A stretch of 64,000 nt of DNA from Takakia lepidozioides. Taxonomy: Eukaryota; Plantae; Bryophyta. The notes below the pieces were generated by a model. The model made no database searches and had not been told where the DNA came from. It saw only the letters and a program-made list of their open reading frames with translations. Positions 1 through 13,334 of this stretch are shown piece after piece (the first letter of the stretch is position 1; each line of letters begins with the position of its first letter). Position numbers and translations under genes: made by a program. The stretch covers positions 45,260,001 through 45,324,000 of the forward strand of contig CM060731.1 of NCBI GenBank assembly GCA_030704615.1, given 5' to 3'.

Positions 1-2988
1 GCGATTGGACAGGAGTTCAGCTCCTTGGGCTTGCGGTTAGTGAAGCTTGGGGACGGGATGTCGGTGTCAGCGAAAGAGTTCCTGCTACCCTACATGCAGT
101 CGGGATTGGAGGAAAAACTGACTGGACTGTTGGAGGCAGTCATAGTAGATCTGAACATGACATCTGCTCACATAGATGCTCCTTGCTGCATTCTTGCGGA
201 CCTCTTTCCATCCTGGGCTCAGGACGTGGCCTACAAGTTCCGCATTCCAAGGCATGTCATATCTACCTGTGCAGCGGTGACTGTAGCCCTCGACTTCCAT
301 GTAATATTCCAACCAATTGAAGGAAACCGAGAACAGCTTGAGCAGTCCTGCATGTTAAAATTGATAGACCGTTCTTCGTGATGTACTAATTTTTTTCTGG
401 TTACAAACCACAAGGACGAAATGCAAACAACGCTCTAGTTTCACTAGCATATTGAAATTTGAATAGAGGTCCGTGTGCAACAGCTGTTGTTGGACCGTTT
501 TAGACTCACACATATGTCCCATTCGTTCATTGCTGGCAGATCGAAAGGCTTGTTGCAGAGGGTTATGTACCTGTGACCTCTCTGAACCAGTCAAAGCTCA
601 TAACATGCATTCCAGGAGTCCGAGTGCTGAAACCGTTAGACCTCCCACCCGATTTCCACAATCCCGATCAGTACAAGGATTCAGTCAGGAGTCATAAGCG
701 CATTAACGAGGCATCAGTGGTTCTGGTCAACACTGCTAATGACCTGGAAGGGACAGTCCTGGATGCCCTGAAGACCCAAGTCATCGGCACAGACTCGAAA
801 GTGAAGGTTTGTTTTTGGTTGTGTAACTTCACGCATGTTCCATGATTAGGTCATGCACCTGTACCAGTTGAAGACCTCCATTTTCCTTGTCACTTTTCAG
901 CACTCTTTTCAGCCTACTCGGATGACCTTTTCCAAGGATCCAGCCTTCCGGATCTATGGCCACCATTCCATTCACAGTTTAACTTACGAACTCTATCTAC
1001 TTTCTGCAGACACGGACTATCTTGGAGATTGGTCCATTAATGCAACCAGAGTCTGAAGTTTTGAATCCTCATGAGGCACCCAATCATATCACACAAAAAG
1101 CAGTCGAAGAGCGGGATCCATGCGTGCACTGGCTGAACAGACAAGCTCCTTCTTCAGTTCTTTTCATTTGTTTTGGGACCCTTGCCACCATTTCAGCACC
1201 ACAAATCCTGGAGCTGGCACAGGGACTCGAAGCCAGCAAGCAACCTTTCTTATGGATAATGCGGACGCCAAATGCTGCCACTGCATCTCCTTCATTGATA
1301 GCACCGTCCATCACAGAACTCCTCCCTTCAGGTATCCTCCACAAGAAACATCAATTGGTGGAATTCAACATAGGATTGCATGCTTCACATGCAAAGTGAG
1401 ATCTCAGTAGGATTTTGCCTTTTGCTGGTGCAATTCAACATACAGAGAGCTCTGCAACGGCTATTAAACCATCAGTTTCAGCAACCCAGTTTTGTCATGT
1501 ACAAGGACATATCATGTCTGCTGTACATTATAAATTTCACCTAGATTTGTGTGAGAAGAACGGACTTCATACTTTGTAAAGTGGGAGAATCATAAACTAG
1601 ATGGAGGACTACAAGTGCTGCCAATGGTTACAATCCTGAACAAATGTCTCTAGGGTAAGTGATGGACGGATTCAGTAATGGAGGATGGAGGATTCGGGAA
1701 TCCCGAATCCTTGGTTTTGCTGGTGTAATTCAACATACAGAGCTGCAATGGCTAAACCATCAGTTCCAGCAACCCAGTTTTTGGACCACATTCCAGGACA
1801 TATTACTATGTAGACCTGAACATTGTACATAAATGTCACCTAGATTTGTGTGCTGAAGAAGAGCAGACCTCGTAAGTTTTGTAAAGGGGGAGAATCATGA
1901 ACTAAATGTGGGATTAGTGCTGCTAATGGATTACAATCCCGAACGTTACTAGGGAAAGTGATGGTTGGATTCCCTAGTACCAAAATGCTTTAAGAGAGAG
2001 GGGAGGCAAGGTCCCGAGCAAGGTCCAAGATAAGAAACTCTTCACACAGGCAAGGATAAGCTCTTAATGCGCTTGCATGTATCGAGTGCTGCTTTGTTTT
2101 CTTCTGTGAGCAGGTTTTGAGGAACGCACACAAGAACGTGGGTTATGTTTCTCTGGATGGGCTCCTCAGTCGCGTATTCTGTCCCATGCAGCCACTGGTG
2201 CTTTCTTGACCCATTGTGGATGGAACTCTGTCCTGGAGGGTCTTAGGGCAGGCATCCCCCTCCTTACTTGGCCAATTCAGGCAGAACAAATGCTAAACGC
2301 CAGGTCAGATTCTATGATAACCCTTAGTGCAGTTTCTATCATCAATGAGCTCTTGACAACAGTCTTTTGAAGGTAGACTTAGCTGGCACTGTGATGGTTG
2401 TCCACCAAGTATAAGCAGTCCTGAAGGAAAGGGAGAGAAGTGGGTGTTGGAAAGCTCGCCAAGTCACAAGGTACCTGTAGATAGAAGCTATTTCAACAGG
2501 TGTTCCTCCATTTAAGTGCATAGCACCGGTACCGTCCTGTAGTATTCTGCTTGGTATGATGTCCCAGCATAGTCTAATCAGAAACTCAGGGGTACGGAGG
2601 GTATTGGTGAGTGTGCAATATTGCTAGTCATTGTATTGTGCAAATTGCTAAATTGTGATTGGATGCTTATTAGTCGAGTGGGCAGAGGTCAAAGCTTTCT
2701 CAAGAGTCGCTCGTTATAGACCCACCACGTCTGTCTTGCAGAGTAGTGCTGGATCAGAAGGTGGCTATAGAGATGCGAAAGAGATCAGATGGACTAGTGG
2801 AAAAGACGGAAGTTGAGAGGAATGTGAGGCTTTTGATGCACGAGGATGAAGGTAAGGCTGTACGACAGAAGGTGGCGGAACTGAAGATCTGTCTACGAAA
2901 GGCTGTGGCAGATGGGGGGTCCTCAGAGAGGAATCTGGAAGTATATGTCCAGCATCTTAGGACACTGATCCCCCTACAGCTTCAGTGA
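1..2988 (+). CDS. Family-1 UDP-glycosyltransferase (UGT), 5'-truncated by window; exons <1-300, 540-806, 1010-1331, 2114-2303, 2742-2988
   Basis: GT-AG introns join five in-frame exons ([21 protein letters not shown]; [11 protein letters not shown]...[10 protein letters not shown]; EIGPL...[17 protein letters not shown]...PFLWIMR; complete PSPG box [44 protein letters not shown]; C-terminal [12 protein letters not shown]). No stops seen in the spliced frame. Confidence 0.93.
1420..1975. repeat. ~290-bp diverged tandem duplication inside UGT intron 3
   Basis: ttttgctggtg(c/t)aattcaacatacagag...cacctagatttgtg...gagaatcat...gtgatgg occurs at ~1420-1675 and ~1715-1975; an inverted copy is at 56671-56875. 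Confidence 0.8.
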
Positions 2989-3087
2989 AGGTCTGATGTT
3001 ACCTAGACTGCTTTAAAAAGACAAGACCTGGACATGAATCAATATATGAACCCAGACGTTTGTTTTGTTTTGTTGGCTCTCTCCCGC

Positions 3088-4190
3088 ACGGGATAGAGGC
3101 ATTGTGGAGACTTCTTGCCTAGGCGGAGCTAGGCGGAGAACTAGCTTATCCATTAAGCCCTAGTCTATAGTCTATGGAGGGTTGATGGGACCCGCAAGGG
3201 ATAGAGGCATTGTGGAGACATCTTGCCTAGGGGGAAAACTAGGCTTATCCATTCAGCCTAGTCTATGGAGGGTTGAAAGGCATGATTGATGAAGCCCTCG
3301 AAAACCCCAAATTCACCGAAGGATAGAGCCTCCTGTGGCGGAGCCGCATGTTTTGTTTTGTTTTGTTTTGTAGCGTAGTTGAGATCTCCCAATTAACCGC
3401 CGGGCCAGCGCTGGTGCTTGGTGCCGTTGGAAAGCCGTCGAGCACCCGGCTTGGTCTCATGATATTTGGACCCGCGGTGTGGGAGATGTGGAATTTTGAG
3501 TACTTTGGGTCGTTGGAAAATAGCAAAGTGGGCTTTCCTGGAACAATGATTGGCCCTTCACGTGGGAGATTTGGAATTTCAAATGTTTTTGGTCGTTGAA
3601 ATTCTTGAAAATTAATACAAGGTGGATATATCAATATCGGAAGCCTCGACAAGGGAGATTGCAAAAATAGCAAAGTGGGCTTTGTTGGGACAATGATGTG
3701 GAGTTTTCCCAAATTGTAGGGTGTTTGGATGCATAGGGGATTGCACTTGGACTTAGATGACATTGGACAGTGGAGTTCGCATTTGGGCCTCAACATGGAA
3801 GAAGCACTTGGATATATAGGGGATTGCACTTGGGCTTAGATTTCAATTCTTCACACATGGGCCTCCATACGTAGGGGATTGCGTTTACTTAGATGACACT
3901 GGACACTTGGGCCAACAGCACAGGCTACCCTAGAGTTGGATATATTATTCTTCACATATGGGCCTCGACATATGAGACGCACTTGGATACATAGTGGATT
4001 GCACTTGGACTTAGAAGATGACATTGGATACTTGGGCCAACAGCGTAGGCTTAGATTTCAATTCTTCAAACATGGGCCAATGGCACAGGCTGGCCTAGAT
4101 CTCCCAAACAGGAGGGTCTCTGGATACATAGGGGATTGCACTTGGACTTAGAAGACATTGGACACTTGGGCCAACGGCACAGTCTACCCT
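3088..4190. repeat. Degenerate short tandem repeats downstream of UGT
   Basis: gggatagaggcattgtggagac..tcttgcctagg twice (~3090, ~3198); ggattgcacttggacttaga(t/a)gacattggacacttgggccaac about five times between 3737 and 4180. Confidence 0.65.
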
Positions 4191-5299
4191 AGTGTGCTGC
4201 TATGCATGACTGTATGACTGATTTTTTTTTTAGACCGGTCCACGTGTACAAGGTGGTGCTGCATGTGTCCGTGCTTACAGCAAAAATGGACACTAACTTA
4301 GCTAGTGTATGCAGGTGCCTTAGGGAATCACTGCCCCCAAAACTCTTATCTAGAGCTGCAGCCACACGCGCGCGCATTGAAGATGCTATTATCTCTCAAT
4401 GGAAAGCCTGAAAATGCATTTAAAAAAAAAGAAAAGTAACCCCCTATTTCCAAATGGTTGAAAAACCATCAAATCACAATGTCTTAGGATGTGCATAGAA
4501 GTAGGCTTACTTATCATTGGATGAAGATTCATAGATGGATGATATTTTGTAATATAGATGATAGTTTTTAGAAATGCAGATGACAAATTTGCAATTAAAA
4601 AGTCTGCTTGTGTTTAAACACATCCTTATGAGCGGTTCAACACAAAGAAGCTGCTAAACATGCTTGCATTGGGCGCCGGTCGGTAATGAAAGAGATGTAC
4701 CATATATTTTAAATGGAATGACGGAGCGACCTAAGATAACCTAAAGCATTTTTTATCTGTATTCTAGATAGTTCTATCCTTATCTACATATGCCTCAGAG
4801 TTCTTCTGTTTCATTTGAATGTTCTCATGTTGCATGATTAAACTAGAGGCAATTATTGTAGATGTAGACTATGTAATTATCATCTAATATGATACTTGGA
4901 TTGTCATGACAATGCAATAAAAACACTTGTGATTATCACCAATGAAACATATTGCACTTAGTAATATTTTTTAGGACGTCGTGGATGCAAGTATGGAGGC
5001 TGATGCTTTCTTTCCCACACACATTTTGCTCCACAATCACAAATTCAAGAGCAATATGCATCACCTACTCTGGACAACAACAGCGAAGAGGAAGAGAACG
5101 CAAAAGATGAGAATATTCTTGAAGGAGAGTTGAAACTTGAGAGGGGATCTTGCTCAAGAAAATGAAGAGCCTCGTCATGGAAAATCTCCAACCTTGACTT
5201 CAATCAGCTATTCATGGAGCTCTTGGTGATATCACTAACCTACCTTCTCCACCATTTCATTCACTGGGACTAGGACCAAGTGAATGAGAAAAAATGGCA

Positions 5300-6250
5300 A
5301 TTGGACAAATGAAGCCCTTAAATCAGCAATGAAGACAATTGATGAAGTGGCTTCAATGGGTGTTACATCTCGCATTTAGAACATTCCAGTTTCCTATTTG
5401 AGGGATCATGTCTATGGACTTACTCGAAGTCGTAAACGCGGGAGACTAAAACTGGCTTGGATACTGAAATCACAAAAGCTGGGACATTGCATTTCAATTC
5501 AACAAGTGCGATTCAAGGTAGAAGAATTACCCAAGAGGAACTCCAGGGCCTGGGTGGTGGAAATGGTTCAAGAATAGATATCCAAAACTAGCTTTGACTC
5601 TTGAGAATAGCTCAAGGCATTGAAGTTGGGCGAGCAAAAGGTTTGTGCCCTAAAAATGTCTCTACCTCTCTATGACACACATAAGTACGACCCTTCCCAC
5701 ATTTGGAAGTGTGATGAGAGCGTTGCAGACTTTTAGTCAAAAGATGATCACACTATATACATTGAGTCATTCCAAATGCTAGAGAATGGATGTCCATGTA
5801 TTAATGGTGCTAGAGGAACATCTATTTTTAATTTCTACTTATTCAAGGGGAAATGAATGATGGGAAATTACATCAAGTATTGTGAAACTAGGGCTAGTAA
5901 TAATGACAATATGCAACCCAAAGCTACATAGAGGATGACCAATGCACTAGTTTCCAAGTGGATTTCATACTTTGTGAATTTGTGCATACACTAATGGATG
6001 GTATTTCATCCACAATTCATATATTATAGCCATGGCTCTCATATAACCATAGACGCAGTTCGATAAGCACAGACTGTAGGTTTGGATATGCATGCTTACC
6101 TTGTGCACATACCAGCCATGCATTCCAGCCCTTGGATGTGAGCGTTTTCAAACCATTCAAGACACGCATTCCACAAGTATCGAGACTGCACGTGGACATT
6201 GCTAAACAAGAATAGACCAGTAGAGAATGAAGATTTGGCACAATGCTTTA
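5300..6250 (+). pseudogene. Degenerate pogo/Tc5-like (HTH + DDE_1) DNA transposase
   Basis: Manual translation gives WTNEALKSAMKTID...NIPVSYLRDHVYG (psq-type HTH), HIWKCDES (first catalytic D) and AHTSHAFQPLDVSVFKPFK (DDE_1 signature); many stops and frameshifts. Confidence 0.75.
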
Positions 6251-6279
6251 AAAAAAGTTATTATCCCTACAAATGTCTC

Positions 6280-7750
6280 CGGAAGCTTCCTTTGGAGGAA
6301 ACTTCTCCATCAAGATACCTCATTTGTTTAAGGAAGCTTCTCCATCAATAAACCTTTGTTTAATCTTGGAAACTTCTCCATTAAGAAACCTCTATAGGGG
6401 AAGCTTCTTAGGGAACCTCTTAATAGCTAGTATATATAGGAGGTGAGACACGACACTCTTCAGTCTCGCCAACACCAGTTCAAGCTACTCTTGTTTTCAG
6501 TTCCCAGTACTCTAGCCTAGTTTCCAGTATCTGGTACTCTAGTCCCGTTTCCTTTCGCGGTTTTTGTTCAACATGTACGATTGTTCCTACGACTACATCC
6601 ACAACGTTACCCTGATGATGGTATTCAAGTGGGATTCGTGGGCACTCTTCTATCAAACACTGCCTTATCTTGGTTTGCACCGCTATTAGAGAAAAATTCG
6701 CATTTACTATACAATTTTGAAGCGTTTATGTCCGAGTTCACTGCAACGTTTGGAGAGAATGATAGAGAGAGAGTTACGGAGAGAAAGATGCAAAATCTTC
6801 GATAAAGAGCACGTCCAGCTTCCGTTTATGCTGTCGAATTTCGACAACTTGCGTGCGACCTCGACTGGAATGAGAAGAGCCTCATTAGTCACTTTCGATG
6901 TGGCTTAAAAGCGGATGTAAAAGATTTGTTGCTGACAATGCCAAACATGAGTACACTGAGCGAATTCATCACCCAAGACATTGCATGCGATAATCGTTTG
7001 TTCGAAAGACGTCAAGAGAAGCGATCTGGATGGTCGACGACGCACCATGCCGCCGCTACTACGGCACCAAACACAACGATCCATCAGACATCTGGTAATG
7101 ATCTTATGCAGATTGATGCTGTCCGATTCAAGTCATTGATATTATAAGAAAAACAAAGACGGCGCTCGAATGGATTATGCCTTTATTGTGGAGAAGATGA
7201 TCACATAACATTAAACTGCCCCAACAAGAAAAGATTCAAAGCTCGGGGCACAACTCAATTATTCGATACGAGGAGGTTGAAAAATGAAGATGTCCAGTCA
7301 CAGTAGGGACCATGCGGCTGGACACCCCAAATTCCTCACCAAGAAAAGGTCTCTTTCTACCTCCAGACCCTGTACCTTGTTCACAGTTCCAGTAAAGATC
7401 AGGATGTAAAATCGAGATATCTCCGTAGAAGCACTTTTGGACTCGGGCGCTTCAGCGTATTTTATTGACAAAGACTTTGCGAAGCAACACAATTTAACGC
7501 TCGTAAGAAAGAAATTCTCGGCCCCTGTTGAAGTCATCGATGGACAACCGTTAGCATCAGGAAATATTGACCATGAAACTCGACCACTTGAAGTGAAGCT
7601 TAAAAATCAAGCATCACAGATTGTTTTCAATGTCATCCAGTCTCCAACGAATCTTGTGATCCTTGGACTTCCCTGGTTTGTACTTCATAATCCTGACATC
7701 GACTGACAATCACAAAAAAAATTCGACAAGACAAAAATGCCTCGATTATT
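6280..7750 (+). mobile_element. Truncated, internally deleted copy of the Gypsy chromovirus at 47267-53214 (partial LTR, gag, protease)
   Basis: 6280-6550 matches that LTR, then jumps to gag (LHPQRYPDD...WFAPLLEK, CLYCGEDDHITLNC) and protease LLDSGAS...ILGLPWFVLHNPDID. Confidence 0.9.
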
Positions 7751-7825
7751 TTCAAAAACCGAATGAAAAATAAATAAAAATCGTGAGCACGCGAAACACG
7801 GTCCAAAAGGTCCCAAAGCAATAGA

Positions 7826-8220
7826 AGATCCAACGGAATACATTCAACGGGTGAACGGATGGTTGCCCATCCAAATCATTTTTGTTTGCTTCGAAACTTT
7901 GCCAGCACGTTCGAGACACCCTCTCACAGGTCTCGGACTAATATCAGATCAATCGAAATTCATTCGATGGCTCAACGGATGGTTGGCCATCGAAATGATT
8001 TTGGTTCGCTTTGAGACTTGGCCACTATGTTCAATGTGCCATGTAAGAGGCCCCAGAGTAATATGAGATCAATCGAAATTCGTTCAATGGGCCAACGGAT
8101 AGTTGCCCCATCCAAATGATTTCCGTTCGCTTTGAAACTTGGCCACTGTGTTCAATGTACCCTCTGATACGTCCCAGTGTAATACGAGATCAATCGAAAT
8201 TCGTTCGATTGTCCAATGAG
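7826..8220. repeat. ~120-bp tandem repeat, ~3.3 copies
   Basis: gatcaatcgaaattc(a/g)ttc...aacggat(g/a)gttg.ccatc.aaatgattt..gttcgcttt recurs at ~7826, 7947, 8066, 8187. Confidence 0.8.
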
Positions 8221-8309
8221 GCGTTCACTTGTCATCTGGTTTTTGTTCACTGCGAAAAAGTCCGATAAGCATATCTTGACTCGGTACAGAAACAGGATCT
8301 CCCGTCGCT

Positions 8310-8710
8310 GGGGGGGGGCTTGCATTGCATTGCTTGCTAGATAAATGTGACTTAGGCTGCAGTCTGGACAAACCATGTTTATTGGGGGGGGCATTGTTTG
8401 ATGAAAATGAAATTAGGTAGAAGCCTTCAATGCTTTCCAGCCTGTGAGGTGGGGGGGGATTGCTTGCTGGATAAATCTGACTTAGGCTGTAGTGTCCAAA
8501 TCCATGTCTGGTGGGGGGAGCATTGTTTGATGGACCTGAAGTTAGGCAGAAGCCTTCAATGAACTTATTTCCAGACTGTGATGTTTGGGGCAGGTAGGGC
8601 ATTGACCTGCATGTGATCATTTCTAGTTAAATCTGACTTAGGCTGTAGTGTCCAAATCCACGTCTGTTGGGGGGGGATTGTTTGATGAAACGAAATAGAC
8701 AATGAATTTG
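8310..8710. repeat. ~120-bp G-run-containing tandem repeat, ~3 copies
   Basis: gataaat.tgacttaggctg.agt...aa.ccatgt...ggggggg.cattgtttgatg at ~8340, ~8470, ~8628. Confidence 0.75.
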
Positions 8711-9814
8711 TTGGATGGTGCCTCCTCCTCTTCCTGGTGCAATTGTTACTTCAGTGTGAGGGGAGACAGGGAGGGAGGCCCTCCAGGAAAAACCGGACAG
8801 TGCAATTTTTTTAATATGAGATGGATGTGGGTTATTGCAAAGGCGCCAAAGATGACGTTCCATGCATTTAGAGCATCGGATGCATCATTTTAAGGCACTT
8901 TAGACCAAGGTCTATACGCGTTCACAGAAATGTTGGCTTTCCCATTCATCGTGGATCTTTTGTACTTTTGAAATTCTGACTGCAGGATGTGTTGCTTGTG
9001 TTCGGCTACATCAAATCGTGCAAAGCAAGGCGGGACAGAGGCTGTCACCACTGCTAATGGTGCACCTACGACATGGGTGCAACAAGGCCCGAATGGGCCA
9101 TGGGTACAATCCACCGGTGGGCAGACGTGGCTCCAGCAAGGGCCACCCACCTGGCAGCAGCCCATGGCCCCACCACAGATTACCAACTAGGGGTTATCCA
9201 AGTGGGTCCAATGGAAGAGCCTAAGGGGCATGGATACAAGAAGCTACCCAAACTTGGGGGCCACCATACAACACTGTTGGTGGGCAGTGGTGTTGCTCCT
9301 CTATTCACCCCCCCTCATGGTGATGATCACGATTCCACACAGTGTGGGGATGTCGTGTCGCAGGCTGCAAACAAAAAACGGCAAAAAAAACATATCACAA
9401 AGGCACAATAAACTGATGCCAAAGCCCGAAAATCTGTTGGGCTGAAGCCACACAAGGTACAACTAAACCTTAAGGGGGAAGTACACCAGAGGTGTGAGGG
9501 AAAGGATTACTGGCAGAGCTCCTTGAGGGGACTCTGCATCAGATATCTTGATCCTAGCATTTTACTAGCAGACAAACATGAACCCAGTGAAATGGCCAAA
9601 GTTAAAGAAGACATGGACGAGGATTTTCAAAACTATCCTGAACCTATGAGCGTTCGCAAGTTTCAGAAAGCATGTGGGAAGATTGTAAAAGTATACCGCC
9701 AAAGGCTAAAGGTGGGGTGGAAGGCTGGAGGTTCATGTTTGGGAGTTAGGCACGCGCATCATAGCGAGTAACTATGACTTAAAGGGGGAGTTACCAAAGT
9801 GAGGTGCGCGACAT

Positions 9815-10560
9815 TGCGCCATGGCTGTCCCCAAGAGATCCTCACGGATCAAGGCTCTGAATTCTGTAACCAGCTCATGCAGATTGTATGCTTTAACCTG
9901 GGTGTCAAACATCTGACGACAACACCCTATCATCCTTAGTGCAATGGCCTGACTGAAAGGTTCAATCACACCATGTGTGCTATGCTCGAGAAAACAGGGT
10001 CACTCTTGGGTGATTGTGATACTACCTTATCCACTTTGATTTTTGCTTATTGGACTTCTCTGTATTCTACCACAAGGTATTCTCCTTTTGAGCTACTTTG
10101 TGGTAGAAAGGCTCGTACTCCACTATATAATACTCCTTTGTTGGCTCCTCTAGCAGAGCCTTCTGATTGGCAGCACTTTGCGGATGCCATGCTTGCCAAA
10201 AGGGTGCAGTTTGAAAATAAGGCCCTGGGGCTAACATTGTTCGGGGGCAGGCTATGTAGGCTCGTAACTACAACATGAAAGTTCACTACTCGGAAGAATT
10301 CTTGGTGGGCCAAACTGTGTGTGTCCAACTATGTGTGTCCGTCTGCAACTTGGGAAAATTATTTCCAAATCTTTGAAGCGCATTGAGGGACCTTACCTCA
10401 TCACTGAAAAGCTTCATGGCAGGAAATTCATGTTGCTTCCTCAACATCATTCCACGCCACACATAGACCACCCAGTGCATGTGGACTCTTTGGTTCACAG
10501 CAAGTTGGTCTTCGATCTTACCTGCTTGAATGTTGAAGGTAGGTCGACAATCTAACCTTT
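9815..10560 (+). pseudogene. Ty3/Gypsy integrase core remnant
   Basis: HGCPQEILTDQGSEFCN...TTPYHP*CNGLTERFNHTMCAML...YSTTRYSPFELLCGRKAR...EGPYLI. Confidence 0.85.
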
Positions 10561-10825
10561 TATGTGTGTTTTGAGTGCAGGGATTGAGGTTGGAGTGTTC
10601 CAGCCATCTCTGGTGTTGTGTGGTGTGCAAATAATGGTCTGCTTCAGACCAGCTGGTGTTAGAGGAGGTAGAAAACCTTAGCACAGGCTTTAACTTCGTG
10701 TTAGTTTTTTCATCCCTTTCATGTCGGATGCTAGTATTAGGCTTGATATGATTCCATAGCTTCGGCAATTAGTTACTTCTGTTAGCTCACGGAGCTCGCT
10801 TTCCTAGCGGGGGCAAGCTCATATA

Positions 10826-11761
10826 TGTAGAGCTCCAAATTTTATGGCGGTGCATATGCTCTCCTGTGAGTTCCTTGGATGAAAAGCAGGGGTTGTTGGA
10901 CATTAATGACAACAGAGACTATCTTTGGCTATATGATTGTCCTACACTAACGGTCATGAGATAAGCCAACTTGGAAACTGAGCTGGCCCATGTGAGGTCT
11001 TGTAATCTGCATGTCCAATGAGAGTGCTGCATCTGGATCTCCAGATTAGCCTCTCAGGATTATTTAAATGAAGAGTTCATCAGGCTTAGGCAGGATGTTT
11101 TTGATGATCAACCTGGTGCTCTGGATGTGTGTGTGCTTCTGGGTGAAACAGTTTGATGCTCTGCAGCGTAATGTGACTGGCCTAGTTGTTGTGTGCTCTG
11201 TGATAGATCCTCCCTTATCGGCTTGGCAAGGTTCTACAGCTTATGTTTCCATGTGCGTAACCCACAGAGGATAAGGGCATATCCCTGCGTCGGGAGTTTA
11301 GCTTCACACCACAAACGACAGAAGGTGGAACATGATGCAAGCTCAGGAAAGTAGTGTTTGTTCCAGGGCACCAGAGACATAGAGAGTCTTGGAGATACTA
11401 TCTAGTTGTGTGAACCCTGGTGAACAGGCAATCCATGGAATACAATGGGCGTTCTTGACAAGGTATCCCAGCTAACTGCAGTTGTGAAGACACTCCTTCG
11501 TGGTCCGCTCTTGCCAGGCTCCTCTTCCCATACTACATCCTGCCACGAAAACTGTTGTACACAACCAATTCTTTAGCGAACAATGAGCACAAAGGACTCT
11601 CTGTCCTACATTGCAAGCTCCCGGAGAGGGAGGGAATAAGCTCCACAATTTGAATCCGGGCACACATGAGCGACCAGCACATGGACAGCTCTCCCGATTT
11701 CCTATTTCCTCCTTATGTACATAGTTTGCTTTTAATTCTATTCCACCTATTCTGTTTTACA
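10826..11761 (+). mobile_element. LTR (~936 bp) of the integrase-bearing Gypsy remnant
   Basis: TGTAGAG...TTTTACA; preceded by purine-rich tagcgggggcaag, followed by PBS-like TGGTGCAT; a paralogous copy starts at exactly the same TG at 16630. Confidence 0.65.
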
Positions 11762-12267
11762 AGTGGTGCATAATCTTGCCAGAAATCGGCCCGACGGGCA
11801 GAAAATGCTGCGGGGAAGGCTAAGGAGATTGGCATCGAACAAGAGCAGGTGCGAGAACTTTTGCTCCTTTACTATCTCATGTGAAGGACTATGAAGCACA
11901 GCTGATCAGCTTTTGCAGAAGTTACGTGTGCAGAGGTTGAGTCACTTGGAGGGAAAAATAGTGCACAGGTCTGGAGTGCCGAGTCACTTGAGACCCTTTG
12001 ACAACTAGACTTTCCAGCATAAAGTTTCATGCTTTAATTCCAGTTAACAATCTTATAATATTATTTATAATCTACAGAAAAGTTTGGGGTTCTGCTCCGG
12101 AACGCTCCCCTCTCAACGCTGGAGAGACCTTAGACCTCCACTCCACGGCTTGAGAGAGATATGAATTGGAAACACGTCAAGCACCCCGCCACCACTTCCA
12201 GGCTTAATTTTCACCTAAATATGTTGCAGTTGTAGATTAGCTCCTCGGTAATCTCAGCTGCATGTTG

Positions 12268-13334
12268 CGGGGGGTTGGTATCGCGTGAGCACAGAGTTAA
12301 GAGAAACGGCGTGAGCACAAAAAAAATGGCCGCGTGAGCAGAATTCATTGTTATGGAGGTAATATGTACATCAGAGGAAATACAAATAATAGGCGGACAT
12401 AGGGACTTTATTGCGCTAATAGGCGATACATCGGATCTGAATATAACTTAAACCTGAAGATCAGAATCCACATGCACCTGTCAGATAGTTCGAACCTCTA
12501 GCCAAGTTTCGCAGCAGAAAATCCAAGTTTCGCTAGCAAAAACCAATTTTGGGTGGTTATTGGGGATGTTCTAAACACAATGTTACCAAATGCCACATTG
12601 ATTATGTGCGCTGATCTTTGAGTTCTGGCATATATATTTGTGGGTCATTGTGCTCATGCGACTTAAGCTTTGGACGATTAATTTCATGAATTTTTTCATG
12701 TGAGCACAGTTTTCAGCTAGTTTCGTATTTCTTACCGCGGGAGCGAATTTGGGTTTCGTAATAGCATATTCTCAAGAATATTCTAGAATATGTGGAATAT
12801 TTCTTTATACGCCCGTTGGCGTGAGCCTGCTCACATGCTACCCAATCCCTATGCTGCGCTGATTGAAGGTCTCTCATGATAAGGGTAGGCGAGGTTGGGT
12901 AGCGCATGCTCACGTGAGCACAAGCGAATATTAAGGATATTCCTTAGATGCCTTTTGAATATTCTCTAGCGAAACTAAAAACTTTGCGAAACTTGTTTTT
13001 AACTGCTCACATAGGCCCTCACAGCATCACTTAAGAAACAAGTAACACCTATACACGATAAACATGTTACCCTATAGGCGTGGGGTTTCCGCACGTTATG
13101 CGAACTGGATACCCCAGAAACCCCAGAAAAACAAAAATCGTGGTTTTCAGTCCGGGTATCGGCAGTTTAAGCCCTAGAAAAGTTATTTTTGCATTGAGAA
13201 AATAAATCTGAAGATACTCATATGCACCGTGCCTGTTAACATGTAATTCCTATGACCGTTGTTTGAAAACATTTAACCCCTATGACCGTGGGTTGTGCTC
13301 ACTCCCCGCATGCTCACAGGATACCAATCCCCAG
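12268..13334. mobile_element. Non-autonomous TIR element (hAT-like MITE) with GTGAGCA subterminal motifs
   Basis: Imperfect ~24-bp TIRs cggggggttggtatcgcgtgagca / tgctcacaggataccaatccccag; about ten gtgagca/tgctcac motifs inside. No convincing TSD found. Confidence 0.6.

Noticed and set aside
3263-3829. 188-aa minus-strand ORF
   Set aside because: Lies in degenerate repeats with no recognisable motif.
3700-8710. CRISPR-like arrays in the repeats at 3.7-4.2 kb and 7.8-8.7 kb
   Set aside because: Whole units are homologous with no unique spacers; eukaryotic context; no cas genes.
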